From an uncultured Pseudomonadota bacterium (GTDB lineage: Bacteria; Pseudomonadota; Alphaproteobacteria; Rs-D84), in NCBI GenBank assembly GCA_902795435.1, contig CADBLE010000008.1, positions 28,028 to 92,027 on the forward strand: 64,000 nt of DNA, read 5' to 3'. This document shows, in pieces, positions 12,097-22,200 of this stretch. The notes beneath the pieces were generated by a model that had not been told where the DNA came from, ran no database searches, and saw nothing but the letters and a program-made list of their open reading frames with translations. A program made the position numbers and the translations under genes. Position 1 is the first letter of the stretch, and each line of letters begins with the position of its first letter.

Positions 12097-12654
12097 ATGA
12101 CAAAAAAAATAAAAACAGTTGCAGTTTATTGCGGACATCAATTTGGTTTATACCCTGCATTTGAACATGATGCTAATTTAATGGGCGAACTTATTGGAAA
12201 GAACGGTTTGAATATGGTTTTTGGCGGTGGCGCGGTTGGTTTAATGGGTGCCGTGGCTAATTCCGCACTTGAAAACGGTTCACACGTAATCGGCATTTCA
12301 ACAAAACATGTGATGGCATTGCAAGAACCTGTTCATGAAAAAATAGAAGCAACCATTGTAGATGGTGTGAATGAACGTAAACAAAAAATGTTTGAATTAT
12401 CTGATGCTTTTATAATCTTGCCTGGTGGAATTGGAACTTTGAATGAAGCAACAGATATTTTAACCATGCAACAAATTGGTGAAACAAAAAAACCAATATT
12501 CTTTTTGAATACTAATCGTTTCTGGGGACCTTTCCATGATTTGATTGTTGATATGTTAAACAACAAATTTATTGATTCCCTGGACGAATATAAAGTGTCC
12601 GTCGCCAAAGACCCACAAGAACTTATCGGTTGGATTTTGGAATACAAGGGCTAA
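12097..12654 (+). CDS. LOG family (TIGR00730) nucleotide 5'-monophosphate nucleosidase
   Basis: GGGAVGLMG and PGGIGTLNE motifs. Confidence 0.8.
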   Translation: MTKKIKTVAVYCGHQFGLYPAFEHDANLMGELIGKNGLNMVFGGGAVGLMGAVANSALENGSHVIGISTKHVMALQEPVHEKIEATIVDGVNERKQKMFELSDAFIILPGGIGTLNEATDILTMQQIGETKKPIFFLNTNRFWGPFHDLIVDMLNNKFIDSLDEYKVSVAKDPQELIGWILEYKG

Positions 12655-12884
12655 CCGATTTCAATAACTTTATCGCGTGCGGTACCACCGCGAACGATTT
12701 TGATTTGTGATTTCGGCACATTAAAATATTTTGCCAATAATTCAATAACGGAATCATTTGCCCGCCCCTTTTCAGGGGCGACATTTGTATAAACACGCAA
12801 TTGGCCGTTTTCTTCTACGACCTTTGGTTGTTTTGCATGCGGTGTTACACGCACATTAAAAATCTTCTTTGAATCGTTCATCAC
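12651..12884 (-). CDS. DUF167 (YggU-like) protein
   Basis: 77 aa; the pattern V.VTPHAKQ...APEKGRAN..VIELLAKYF.V.KS.I.IVRGGTARDK matches the DUF167 family. Confidence 0.7.
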   Translation of the reverse strand: MMNDSKKIFNVRVTPHAKQPKVVEENGQLRVYTNVAPEKGRANDSVIELLAKYFNVPKSQIKIVRGGTARDKVIEIG

Positions 12885-13203
12885 TCATTATATGTACATG
12901 AAAATGCATCACAGATTGACCCGCCCCACGACCGGTATTTGCAACAGTTCTGAAATTATCACGCAAACCCAATTTTTCAACCGTATTGCGAACACCCGCC
13001 CAAAAAGCAATTTGCAGAGATTCAGGTGCATTTTGAGTAAAATCAAAAATATCTGTATATTCACCGCGTGGAATAACCAAAACATGAACGCGCGCACGTG
13101 GTGCAACATCATAGAAAGCCAACACATTATCATCACTGTAAACAGTTTTATTTGGAATTTCACCACGCAAAATTTTTGCGAAAACATTGTCTTTGTTATA
13201 CAT
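12856..13203 (-). CDS. HIT family hydrolase
   Basis: Histidine triad HFHVHIM; start trimmed to MYNKDNVFAKILRGEIP (ATG at 13201-13203). Confidence 0.85.
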   Translation of the reverse strand: MYNKDNVFAKILRGEIPNKTVYSDDNVLAFYDVAPRARVHVLVIPRGEYTDIFDFTQNAPESLQIAFWAGVRNTVEKLGLRDNFRTVANTGRGAGQSVMHFHVHIMSDERFKEDF

Positions 13204-13547
13204 TATTTTCCCCTTTCTTGACTTTGATACATTTTTAATAATGGAATATAAGTTTTTTGATAATTTCCCAATTTGAAAGTATCCGGAACAATCACAGATG
13301 TTGTATCGCTGACGACAACACCGTCTTTTTTCATTTGTTCCAGTTTCATTTTTTCTTCTTCCAATCTTATATTTGAACGTCTGCATTCATTTCCGATAAT
13401 ACCGGTTAAAAACATTAAACAAATAACCCACAAACACCCATTAAGTGGCATTGCACACCCCGGTCTGACGGGCATTTGTTGTTGTGGCACTTGATTTGGT
13501 TGAGGTATCACAGGTTTTTGTTCTTTAATTTTCTTTGATTTTTTCAT
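13203..13547 (-). CDS. Hypothetical membrane protein
   Basis: ORF track; Pro/Gln-rich N-terminus, one hydrophobic helix; 1-nt overlap with HIT gene start. Confidence 0.45.
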   Translation of the reverse strand: MKKSKKIKEQKPVIPQPNQVPQQQMPVRPGCAMPLNGCLWVICLMFLTGIIGNECRRSNIRLEEEKMKLEQMKKDGVVVSDTTSVIVPDTFKLGNYQKTYIPLLKMYQSQERGK

Positions 13548-13609
13548 TTAATATTTTACCCTTGTCTATATAATATAGATATACCCAAAAATATAAATAA
13601 AATCAAGGT

Positions 13610-13638
13610 CTTGAAAACTAAATTTTTTTACTTATATT
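13610..13638 (+). promoter_or_regulatory. RpoH (sigma-32)-type heat-shock promoter for groES-groEL
   Basis: CTTGAA at 13610-13615 and CTTATATT at 13631-13638, i.e. CTTG-N17-CTTAT. This matches the alphaproteobacterial sigma-32 consensus CTTG-N17-CYTAT-NT. Confidence 0.55.
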
Positions 13639-13664
13639 TCTGACATGTAAAAGGAGTTGTTATT

Positions 13665-13949
13665 ATGTTTAGACCATTACATAACTATGTCCTGCTGACC
13701 AGAATCGAAGAAGAAAACATCACAGCAGGCGGAATAATTATCCCAGACACAGCAAAAGAAAAACCAGTTCATGGCAAAGTAGTTGCTGTTGGTGACGGAA
13801 TTTATGAAAACGGAGAAAAGATTCCTATGTCTGTCAAGATTGGCGACAATGTATTATTTGCAAAATGGGCTTCATCTGCGAACGAAGTTAAAATAGAAGG
13901 CAAAGATTACATTTTAATCAAAGAATCAGACATATTGGGTATCTTATAA
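13665..13949 (+). CDS. groES: Co-chaperonin GroES
   Basis: 94 aa; RPLHNYVLL...[20 protein letters not shown]; immediately upstream of groEL. Confidence 0.95.
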   Translation: MFRPLHNYVLLTRIEEENITAGGIIIPDTAKEKPVHGKVVAVGDGIYENGEKIPMSVKIGDNVLFAKWASSANEVKIEGKDYILIKESDILGIL

Positions 13950-13965
13950 TAAAAGGAACAAAGAT

Positions 13966-15582
13966 ATGGCAAAAGATATTGTTTTTAATACAGACAAATT
14001 GGCTGCGGGTGTTGATAAATTGGCAAACGCAGTAAAAATCACCATGGGGCCAAAGGGTCGCACGGTTGTCATTGAACGTGCATACGGCGCACCAGTTGCA
14101 ACAAAAGACGGTGTTACCGTTGCAAAAGAAGTTTCATTGAAAGATAACGCTGAAAACATTGGTGCAAAAATGATTCAGGAAGTTGCCAAACGCGCGGGCG
14201 ACAGTGCTGGTGACGGAACAACAACTGCAACTGTTTTGGCACAAAATTTATTCAAAGAAGGTCGTCGTGTAATCGCCGCCGGTATGAATCCAATGGACAT
14301 TAAACGCGGTATTGATATCGCGGTATCTGCCGTTGTTGCCGACATTGAAAAACATGCACGTCCGGTCAAAGATTCTTCTGAAATCGCCCAAGTTGCAACA
14401 ATTTCCGCAAACAGCGATTCTGAAATCGGTCAAAAAATTGCAGACGCCATGGAAAAAGTTGGCAAAGAAGGTGTTATCACTGTCCAAGAAGCCAAGGGTC
14501 TGGACACAGAAATTGATGTGGTTGAAGGTATGCAATTTGACCAAGGTTTCATGTCCCCTTATTTCGTAACAAACAGCGAAAAAATGTTGGCGGAATTGGA
14601 AAATGCACAAATTTTGGTTTCTGAAAAGAAAATCACAGGCCTGCAAGCCCTGCTTCCTATATTGGAACCAATCGCTCAACAGGGTCGTCCATTGTTGATT
14701 ATTGCCGAAGATGTTGAAAGCGAAGCATTGGCAACATTGGTATTGAACCGCCTGCGTGGTGGGTTAAAGGTTTGTGCAGTCAAAGCACCTGGATTTGGTG
14801 ACCGTCGCAAAGAAATGTTGAAAGATATCGCAATTGTAACCGGTGCAACCGTCATATCTGATGATATGGGTATGACATTTGAAAACATTACACCGGCGGT
14901 GTTGGGTTCTGCAAAACGCGTTGTTGTTGCGAAAGATAAAACTTTGTTGGTCAATGGCAACGGCGACAAAGAAGCCATCCAAAATCGTGCAGATGAAATC
15001 AGAAAAACCATCACAACCACAACCAGCGAATATGACCGCGATAAATTGGCGGAAAGATTGGCTAAATTGGTTGGCGGTGTTGCTGTTATTCACGTTGGCG
15101 GTATGACAGAAGTAGAAGTTAAAGAAAAGAAAGACCGCGTAGATGATGCATTGGCCGCAACACGTGCCGCCGTCGAAGAAGGCATTGTTGCCGGTGGTGG
15201 TGTCGCATTGGTTCGTGCGGTAAGTGCATTGACCGGTTTAACCGGTGCAAACCCAGACCAAAATGTTGGTATTGATATTGTCCGCAAAGCCATCGTTGCC
15301 CCATGTATGCAAATTGCAGAAAACGCGGGTGTATCTGGCGAAATCGTTGTTGGCAAAATCATGGAAAATTCCGACTATAATTTCGGTTATAACGCACAAA
15401 GCGGTGAATATGTTGACATGATGAACGCCGGCATTATTGACCCAGCCAAAGTTGTAAAAACCGCGATTCAAGCGGCCGCATCAACCGCGGGTGTGTTATT
15501 GACAACGGGCGCCGTTATGTCTGAAATTCCAGAAGAAAAATCATCAACCACACCAAACGGTGCGATGCCTGGAATGATGTAA
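13966..15582 (+). CDS. groEL: Chaperonin GroEL
   Basis: [40 protein letters not shown]-terminal GMM tail. Confidence 0.97.
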   Translation: MAKDIVFNTDKLAAGVDKLANAVKITMGPKGRTVVIERAYGAPVATKDGVTVAKEVSLKDNAENIGAKMIQEVAKRAGDSAGDGTTTATVLAQNLFKEGRRVIAAGMNPMDIKRGIDIAVSAVVADIEKHARPVKDSSEIAQVATISANSDSEIGQKIADAMEKVGKEGVITVQEAKGLDTEIDVVEGMQFDQGFMSPYFVTNSEKMLAELENAQILVSEKKITGLQALLPILEPIAQQGRPLLIIAEDVESEALATLVLNRLRGGLKVCAVKAPGFGDRRKEMLKDIAIVTGATVISDDMGMTFENITPAVLGSAKRVVVAKDKTLLVNGNGDKEAIQNRADEIRKTITTTTSEYDRDKLAERLAKLVGGVAVIHVGGMTEVEVKEKKDRVDDALAATRAAVEEGIVAGGGVALVRAVSALTGLTGANPDQNVGIDIVRKAIVAPCMQIAENAGVSGEIVVGKIMENSDYNFGYNAQSGEYVDMMNAGIIDPAKVVKTAIQAAASTAGVLLTTGAVMSEIPEEKSSTTPNGAMPGMM

Positions 15583-15602
15583 TATCCAACAAAAAATAAA
15601 AG

Positions 15603-15626
15603 ACCCGATTTTTATCGGGTTTTTTA
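15603..15626 (+). terminator. Rho-independent terminator after groEL
   Basis: Stem ACCCGAT (15603-15609) / ATCGGGT (15614-15620) followed by a T-run. Confidence 0.75.
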
Positions 15627-15639
15627 TTTATACCCCCCG

Positions 15640-15754
15640 CCGATTCCATTTGTCATCCCGAGGAATAAAATACAACAACCCATGTTGTTGATTTTATGAC
15701 GTCCAGAATATCTTTAAGTGTTCGGTGTTTAACCGAACCACATATTACAATTTG
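15640..15754. repeat. Intergenic repeat module, copy A (second copy at 26637-26757)
   Basis: CCGATTCCATTTGTCATCCCGAGGAATAAAATACAACAACCCATGTTGTTGATTTTATGACGT...GTTCGG..TTTAACCGAACCACATATTACAATTTG is near-identical at both loci; contains internal hairpins. Confidence 0.85.
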
Positions 15755-15813
15755 GTTTTGGATTAAACATAACACAGATAATTTATAAACATACTTTCAT
15801 TATTGGTATAACC

Positions 15814-15959
15814 AGGTTCTCCCCCGTGTGGGGGAGTGGTTGCGAAAGCAACCGAGGGGGGTTGGACAAACCGGTCAACAGATAGGCTCTGTCTATGTCG
15901 TTTGTGGGGCCAACCCTCCCCGCCACTCTGTGGCCCTCCCCTCCCTCGGAGGGGAACCT
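15814..15959. mobile_element. GC-rich palindromic MITE/REP-like insertion, present only in cassette A
   Basis: Ends AGGTTCTCCCC and GGGGAACCT are inverted. Internal long-range complements include GAGGGGGGTTGG / CCAACCCTCCCC. Much more GC-rich than its surroundings, and the paralogous locus lacks it. Confidence 0.35.
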
Positions 15960-15971
15960 AGTATCTGGAAT

Positions 15972-15998
15972 AAAAAAACACCCCGAATAATCGGGGTG
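15972..15998 (-). terminator. Terminator of surface-protein paralog A
   Basis: Stem CACCCCG (15979-15985) / CGGGGTG (15992-15998); A-run 15972-15978 gives a T-tract on the minus strand; conserved at 26900-26927. Confidence 0.7.
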
Positions 15999-16066
15999 CA
16001 AAGGAAAGGGAGAGAACCCTTTTTATCGGGACGGACACAACCCCGCCCCAATCTCGTTTAACAACA

Positions 16067-17281
16067 TTACCCGTTGTTGCCACTGGTTGTTGTTTGTTCT
16101 GGTGCACTGAAACGCCAACCCTTAAATGTTTTACCCTTAATAGTTTGGGCTTTAACTGGGGTACGAACGTCAGAACCGTATGTCGCGGTTCCCGCATTAT
16201 TTGCAGATACATCTTCTGCATCTGCATTTGACCAATTAATTGTAATTGTGTTCGCTTCACAACTTGCCAAAGGATTACCAACAAACCCGAAAAATGCAGC
16301 ACGAAAACGCAAATCCGACGAATAAGTAAACGCCAGATTATCTGCACATATAACCGCACAATCTTCAGCACAACTAGATGCAGAACCAGGGTTTTGTGTA
16401 TAAACCCAAGGGGTAGATACAGATATTAAGCTTTCTCCACTTGGAGTATAGCTATCAAGCTTACAGTAGCAATATTGAGCACCAGTATTACCGGTTTCGT
16501 CAACTAATGTTTCGTATACTGTTGGATTACTCCAATTGTAACCGTCAAAATCACCATCCATAAATCCTTGTGATGTACTGCAACGTCCATGTCCTGCTAT
16601 TCTACCTTTATCACCATAATCCACAGCCCATGTATTTTTTTCTGTCATTCCCCAAACATTTGCTTGTCGTACTTTTTCACCGTTATTTCTTATAGCCGCA
16701 TTATATATAGTACTGCCAACTTTTTTTACTTCAGTATTACCAATTATATTTATCAAATCAGGTGCACCTGGTTTTAGATGCCATCCATTTTCACATGCCG
16801 TTGGTTCGCATGTATCGGTGCCGTTGCCGTAATAATCATTACCGCTGATTGCGGTTGCGTGGGCGATTGCTGTTATGGAATCACCAACATTATTTATATC
16901 GCATGCACGATAACATTGGGTATTACTGCTTGAACCGTCTGCGGAACTGCCAAAACCAGATGGGCATGTTTCTATACCCTGAGCCAAATTTTCATTATAT
17001 TGAACCGTTTCACCACCCGCACAGAAAGAACCCGCCGGACATGTTGTTATTGTTTCGGAATCTTTCGGTAAATATTTTCCCGCATTTAACAAATAATTTA
17101 TTGTTTCATATTCTGCTGTTGCGTTGACGGTACCTTCATAAACACCGTCCATATTTGTTGATGTTGCCGCGTTATCGTATGTTTTGTTTTGTTGCATTAA
17201 ACCATTTGACGGAAAATTTTCCGCCATTGCCGGTGCAACCGACATTATCAACATAGAACTTAAAAATATTTTATTTTTCAT
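16067..17281 (-). CDS. Secreted Cys-rich surface protein paralog A, with C-terminal Listeria-Bacteroides-repeat (Flg_new)-like domain
   Basis: Signal peptide MKNKIFLSSMLIMSVAPAMA. The C-terminus ITINWSNA..TATYGSDVRTPVKAQTIKGKTFKGWRF fits the Flg_new pattern (Y/T-V-x-F ... yG ... P ... GytFxGW). Paralog of 26997-28232. Confidence 0.75.
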   Translation of the reverse strand: MKNKIFLSSMLIMSVAPAMAENFPSNGLMQQNKTYDNAATSTNMDGVYEGTVNATAEYETINYLLNAGKYLPKDSETITTCPAGSFCAGGETVQYNENLAQGIETCPSGFGSSADGSSSNTQCYRACDINNVGDSITAIAHATAISGNDYYGNGTDTCEPTACENGWHLKPGAPDLINIIGNTEVKKVGSTIYNAAIRNNGEKVRQANVWGMTEKNTWAVDYGDKGRIAGHGRCSTSQGFMDGDFDGYNWSNPTVYETLVDETGNTGAQYCYCKLDSYTPSGESLISVSTPWVYTQNPGSASSCAEDCAVICADNLAFTYSSDLRFRAAFFGFVGNPLASCEANTITINWSNADAEDVSANNAGTATYGSDVRTPVKAQTIKGKTFKGWRFSAPEQTTTSGNNG

Positions 17282-17303
17282 TTTTCTTTCCTTTCTTTTG
17301 TTA

Positions 17304-17349
17304 AATAAAAAAACAGACAAATAACGTCATCAACGTTATTTGTCTGTTT
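17304..17349 (-). promoter_or_regulatory. Terminator-like hairpin in the 5' leader of paralog A
   Basis: Perfect 17-bp stem 17311-17327 / 17333-17349. On the minus strand it is followed by a T-run, then RBS AAAGGAAAG and the ATG. Conserved at 28257-28302. Confidence 0.6.
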
Positions 17350-17357
17350 TCAATCTT

Positions 17358-17370
17358 GTGCGAATTTCAT

Positions 17371-17376
<6 letters not shown>
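17358..17376. promoter_or_regulatory. Palindrome GTGCGAAT-TTC-ATTCGCAC upstream of paralog A (operator or RNA hairpin)
   Basis: Perfect 8-bp arms. The paralogous site 28311-28329 is GCGTGAAT-ACA-ATTCACGC, so the differences between copies are compensatory. Confidence 0.5.
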
Positions 17377-17466
<90 letters not shown>

Positions 17467-17554
17467 AAACTGCGCCTTTCACGACTTTCACTATTTTTAT
17501 TCCCCCTATCTCGATATGAATATTATACCAAAAATCGCATCTTAAAAAAAGCAC

Positions 17555-17580
17555 AAAAAAACACCGACATTTTGTCGGTG
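17555..17580 (-). terminator. Terminator after the GNAT gene
   Basis: Stem CACCGACA (17562-17569) / TGTCGGTG (17573-17580); A-run on the plus side gives a T-tract on the minus strand; the same stem sequence recurs at 28395-28418. Confidence 0.7.
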
Positions 17581-17583
17581 TTT

Positions 17584-18312
17584 TTATTTAGAATTTAATA
17601 AATAATTTTGTATTTGTTGTTGTCTTAAACCTCTGATATCTGGCAACAATTTATCATTGAAATAAAATTGTTCGGTTCCGTCTTTTTTAATTAAACCGAT
17701 TGAATCTATTTCTTGTTTTTCATTTACATAAACCGCAATTGGTCTGTGTTTTGATTTGCGTAATAACAAAATGTCTGCGTTTGCCATTTGTTTTACACGA
17801 AAATCACCAATATTCCATTTGAATACCGGATAAATACCCGCGGTTGGACGTTTTAATTTTTTTGTAAAATTTTGAGTATCTTGAACATTTGTTCTGATAT
17901 TATAAGATTGATGTTTATAAAACCCAAGCGCCCAAGAATAAGACATACCATGAATATTAGCATGAAATAAATTTACCGCATGTTCAAATTCAGCCAATAA
18001 ATTTTTACCGATTCCATGACCTTGAAATTCAGGTTTCACAAACAAAGAATCAAGATAAAAATCCCCCAACCCCAATTGATAACCATTTGCAAAACCGACC
18101 AATGAATCATTTACATACGCCCCGAACGCCACATTGTTATCAAAATTTTTCCACGCCTTGTAATAAGCATCTATAATATTGTCATAAGCACCATACATAA
18201 ACATGTGGCCATGTTGGGCACGTGCAGATATTTCAATATCAGCAAAATTATCCCATAATTTTGGGTCTGATTTTTGATTAAAAATTGGTCTTACTACATA
18301 ATTTTGTTGCAC
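17584..18312 (-). CDS. GNAT family N-acetyltransferase
   Basis: Acetyl-CoA binding motif FQGHGIGKNLL. Confidence 0.65.
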   Translation of the reverse strand: MQQNYVVRPIFNQKSDPKLWDNFADIEISARAQHGHMFMYGAYDNIIDAYYKAWKNFDNNVAFGAYVNDSLVGFANGYQLGLGDFYLDSLFVKPEFQGHGIGKNLLAEFEHAVNLFHANIHGMSYSWALGFYKHQSYNIRTNVQDTQNFTKKLKRPTAGIYPVFKWNIGDFRVKQMANADILLLRKSKHRPIAVYVNEKQEIDSIGLIKKDGTEQFYFNDKLLPDIRGLRQQQIQNYLLNSK

Positions 18313-18375
18313 GATATTACACCCCCAACAATATAAATATAGACTAAAATTTTATTTTGTCAATTATATTCGTTA

Positions 18376-18408
18376 AAAAAATAATAAAAAAAACGCCCAA
18401 ACGGGCGT
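18376..18408 (-). terminator. Terminator after the DUF374 gene
   Basis: Stem ACGCCC (18393-18398) / GGGCGT (18403-18408), flanked by A-run and T-run, so possibly bidirectional. Confidence 0.65.
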
Positions 18409-18411
18409 GTT

Positions 18412-19185
18412 TTATTTTGATTTTTGTTTTCTGCGACGGTCTTTGTATTCGCCCGCCCCGATTCCATATTCTACAACCGGCAAATTAAATTCAGCATCCA
18501 TACGCGCCAATTGTTCAACCATAACAGATTCAACTTCTTTGCGTTTTTGTTCAAATTCTGCGCCTTTTAATCTGGAATCAATATATATCGGGTGTCCCAA
18601 TTCAAATGTCAATGTGCCAAATAATTTTGGTATTAAATATCTGTCCCACCTGTCCATCATTTTTGCACGTGATGCAGAAAAACAACATGGGATAATTGGT
18701 GCGCCACTCATCTTGGCAAAATAAAGTGCGCCTTCGTGGCATGTCAAAGCCGGGCCTGATGGACCATCAACACTGATTACAATAGATGATTTTTCGTCTT
18801 TTGTGACACGAACACCTTCACGCAGAACATTTAATGCCCCTTTGGTTCCAGAACCATAAATCGCACGCAGACCAAACAAACGCTGTAATTTTGCCATCAT
18901 TCTGCCGTCTGCGTGTTGCGAAGTTATACAATATGCCGGTATTTTCATACTTTTTATCAACGGCGATAACATTGCAGAACGACCATGATAAAATACAAAC
19001 ACAACCGGTTTTCCACGGAATTTTTCAACCAATTCCAGATTATAATATTTGCGTTTTGATGTCAGATATATTGTCCAAATTACACCCGCTATCAACAATG
19101 CTAACACCCATTGAATAATCGCATTAAAGAACAAAAAAGACATTATTTTTCTGCGTATTCTTTTTGCTTTCTTTGACATAATCAC
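18412..19185 (-). CDS. DUF374-type lysophospholipid acyltransferase family protein
   Basis: N-terminal TM helix; the FVFYHGRSAML motif resembles the DUF374 FWHGR box. Confidence 0.55.
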   Translation of the reverse strand: MIMSKKAKRIRRKIMSFLFFNAIIQWVLALLIAGVIWTIYLTSKRKYYNLELVEKFRGKPVVFVFYHGRSAMLSPLIKSMKIPAYCITSQHADGRMMAKLQRLFGLRAIYGSGTKGALNVLREGVRVTKDEKSSIVISVDGPSGPALTCHEGALYFAKMSGAPIIPCCFSASRAKMMDRWDRYLIPKLFGTLTFELGHPIYIDSRLKGAEFEQKRKEVESVMVEQLARMDAEFNLPVVEYGIGAGEYKDRRRKQKSK

Positions 19186-19232
19186 CCTTTTTCATATATC
19201 TATAATTTTAACAACAACAAATGCTATTTACA

Positions 19233-19259
19233 ATAAAAAAACGGGGAAACAATTCCCCG
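19233..19259 (-). terminator. Terminator after the autotransporter gene
   Basis: Stem ACGGGG (19240-19245) / CCCCGT (19254-19259), with an A-run on the plus side. Confidence 0.7.
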
Positions 19260-19279
19260 TTTTTATACAATTGTGATTA

Positions 19280-22200
19280 TTAGAAATTATATCTCCATTT
19301 GATACGGCCAGTATGAGATATATATTCATCACGAACATCTAAATCATAATCTAATGTCCAATCTGCGTTATAATATCTCATTGTCAAACCAACGCCAAAT
19401 TCAGCACCAAATCTGGACAATTTATCACCAGATATTGAATAAGAATTTACACCTGGCATTGTGACAACTGCAACCTGATCATCAGACATAACATCATATT
19501 TCAACAAACCATGGAATTCAGGTGCAAATGAAATATGTGTATGTTTTGTATTGAAATTGCGTGTGTATTTTCCACCCAAAGTCAATGTCATATAGTCTGT
19601 ATCTTTCAAACTGTGTTTAACACCCAGATTGTTTTTATAATCATCTGCATCTATGTGAGTATAACGCAATCCTAATTCTGGTGTTACACCATTTGCTAAA
19701 TCATACCCAGTTGCAATACGTCCACCAAATGAATGAACATCATAATCAGATTTAACACCAATACCCAATGCAGAACCAGTTTCTGAATATTGAGATATAG
19801 TATAATTCAACACTGCATTTGCATACCATTGGTTTGGTTTATATTGACCATATACAAACATTGTGTATGAATCAATTTCTGTATCACGATGTGCAGAATC
19901 AATGTCAGAATGAGAATAAGAATACCCAGTTCCCACAGTGACAACTTTGTTAAATACACCGTCCATACCGATTGCAAATCCACGTGTATAACCATCAAAA
20001 GAATCTTTTTGATTTGTATAGTTATACAAACCATTTGCCCAGAAACCCGCACCTGTTGGTTTTATATCACCACCGGCACGACCAATTGTTGGCAAAGACA
20101 TACGTGTTGCAGCCAAATTACCAACTGTTGTTTGGACAGATGTTGCAACAGATTGAACAACAGATTCTGTTTCAGGATGAACAGATTTTGTTGCATCTTC
20201 AACCGCAGCAATATCATCCTTTGAATGAGTTGCTAATTTTTCCTGCATCTTGATAGACAAATCTTTCAATTGTTCTGAATCAGATGAAGCGATATTCAGA
20301 ACTGTATTTACAGTTTCTTTTGCTGCACCTGTATCTTCAACAATTTTATCTGCTGATTTCAAAGACGCATCAAAACTTTTGCCGTCTACTGACCATGTCA
20401 AATCAAACACAGAACTGGTTATTTGATTTTTAGCATTTGCAAATACTTTGTCACCAAATATATTATATGTTCCAACCTTTTCAACCGCGACACTCAAATT
20501 TCCATCACCTTCAAAAGATTGTGTTGCAGTCAAGAAAGCGTCCCCATCAGCAAACAAATCTGCAATCAAAGTTCCATTTAATGTAATGTTATTTTGATTT
20601 ATTTTTGCACTGCCTATATTCAATGTAGAGCCATCTGCAATTGTTAAATCACCAGCACCCGCAATTCCACCGTCTATTGTTGTAGTGCCGTTTGCGATTG
20701 TTAAATCACCGACATTATAAATATCGTTTGCAGAATTTTGTGCTTTGTTTCCAGAAAATTCATTTGTTCCAGACAAAACCAAAGTTCCCGCATTATAAAT
20801 CGCCCCACCATTTGCAGATGCTGAGTTATTTGTGAATTTAACATTTGATAATGAAATGTTTCCGCCAATCTGGTCTGTTGTCCCATACGTTTCGTTGTAA
20901 ATCGCACCACCATTTAATGCAGTATTAGAATTAAATGATGTATCTGAAATACTTACAAAACCAGAATCATTTTTATCATTATGCAAAGTATTATAAATCG
21001 CACCACCAAAATTGTCCGCATGGTTTCCGATAAATTTTGTATTTGCTATATCCAATGTTGCATCTTTATTATTACCCAGGTCCACAAAACGCATAGATAT
21101 CGCACCACCATTTGTAGCCGATGTATTAGAATTGAATTCAACATTTGATAAATCGTTCGTTGATACAGACCCCATAAATATTGCGCCACCACCATTTGAT
21201 GCTAAACCGTCAACATGGTTGCCATTGAATTTTGCGTTCTTTAATACTAAATCAGAGAAAGAGCCAATCGCACCACCACCGTCTAAATCGACACCCGCAG
21301 TTGAATTATTGATAAATGTTGTGCCGTCTATGGATAATTTGTGTCCTTTGTTTATCAATGTAGCCAAATAAATTGCACCACCACCATCATTTGATGAATT
21401 CCCTTCAAAAGAGCCCCCATTTATATCAACATTTCCGCGGGCAACCATCGCGCCACCCCAATCAGCACTGTTTTCAACAAAATTTACATTTTTTAATTTC
21501 AAAACTGAATTTACATCATGCTGGGCAATTGCACCAGAATTTCCAGTCGCAGTATTTAAATGAAATGATGCGTTTTCTATTTCCAGTGTACCCGCATTAT
21601 AAATCGCACCACCCTTGGTCGCAGTGTTTTCTTTGAATGCAAAGCCAGATGTTTTATAATTTCGTGTATCTTTTATAACCAATTCGCTTTCATTATAGAT
21701 TGCACCACCCATATTCGCATCATTTTTAGAGAAAGTAGAATTATCAATCCACAATTTTGCATTGCCACCATCAGAATCTGTCCAACCTTCTACAAAAACA
21801 GCACCACCTTTGTCTGCACGATTGGAAACAAATGTTGAATCAGAAACATAGGCATAACCTTCTTTCGCTTTGCTGTTATAGAAAGAATTAAAGAACGCAC
21901 CACCACGAGTACCAGCAACATTGTTAAAAAATTGGGAATATGTAATATCAACCTTGGCACCGGCGGACGAATTTGTTCCTTTTCCTGAATAGTTTGTATC
22001 CAACCAATAATTTATTGGACGTGTTGCAATTGCTCCCCCAACCGTTCCAGATTCATTGCTGTCAAAAGAAACACGATAAACGACAGTCTGGCTTTCTGAA
22101 CCCAACATCAAAGCGCCCGCCCCATCACCCAGATTCGCATAATTTGCAGTTGCTTTATTATGTGCAAATTGTGAATTAGAAACAAGACTGTTTGGTGAAA

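Noticed and set aside
13204-13386. Long N-terminal extensions in track ORFs (12856-13386, 25211-26563, 57066-59951, 38275-38751, 30074-33646, 7701-8549, 51901-52452)
   Set aside because: The extensions are Phe/Ile/Cys-rich junk that precedes obvious signal peptides or conserved N-termini with RBS-like sequences. Starts were trimmed to the internal Met in each case.
14175-15471. Multiple antisense or overlapping ORFs inside groEL
   Set aside because: These are shadow ORFs of a highly conserved gene, with no independent signals such as an RBS or promoter.
15783-16371. ORFs spanning the GC-rich intergenic repeats (15783-16001, 15828-16061, 15958-16371), and the analogous set at 26650-27235
   Set aside because: Their apparent conservation between loci (e.g. 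...LSGRTQPRPNLV) simply reflects nucleotide identity of the repeat, terminator and 3'-UTR modules. They overlap terminator hairpins and the real gene ends.
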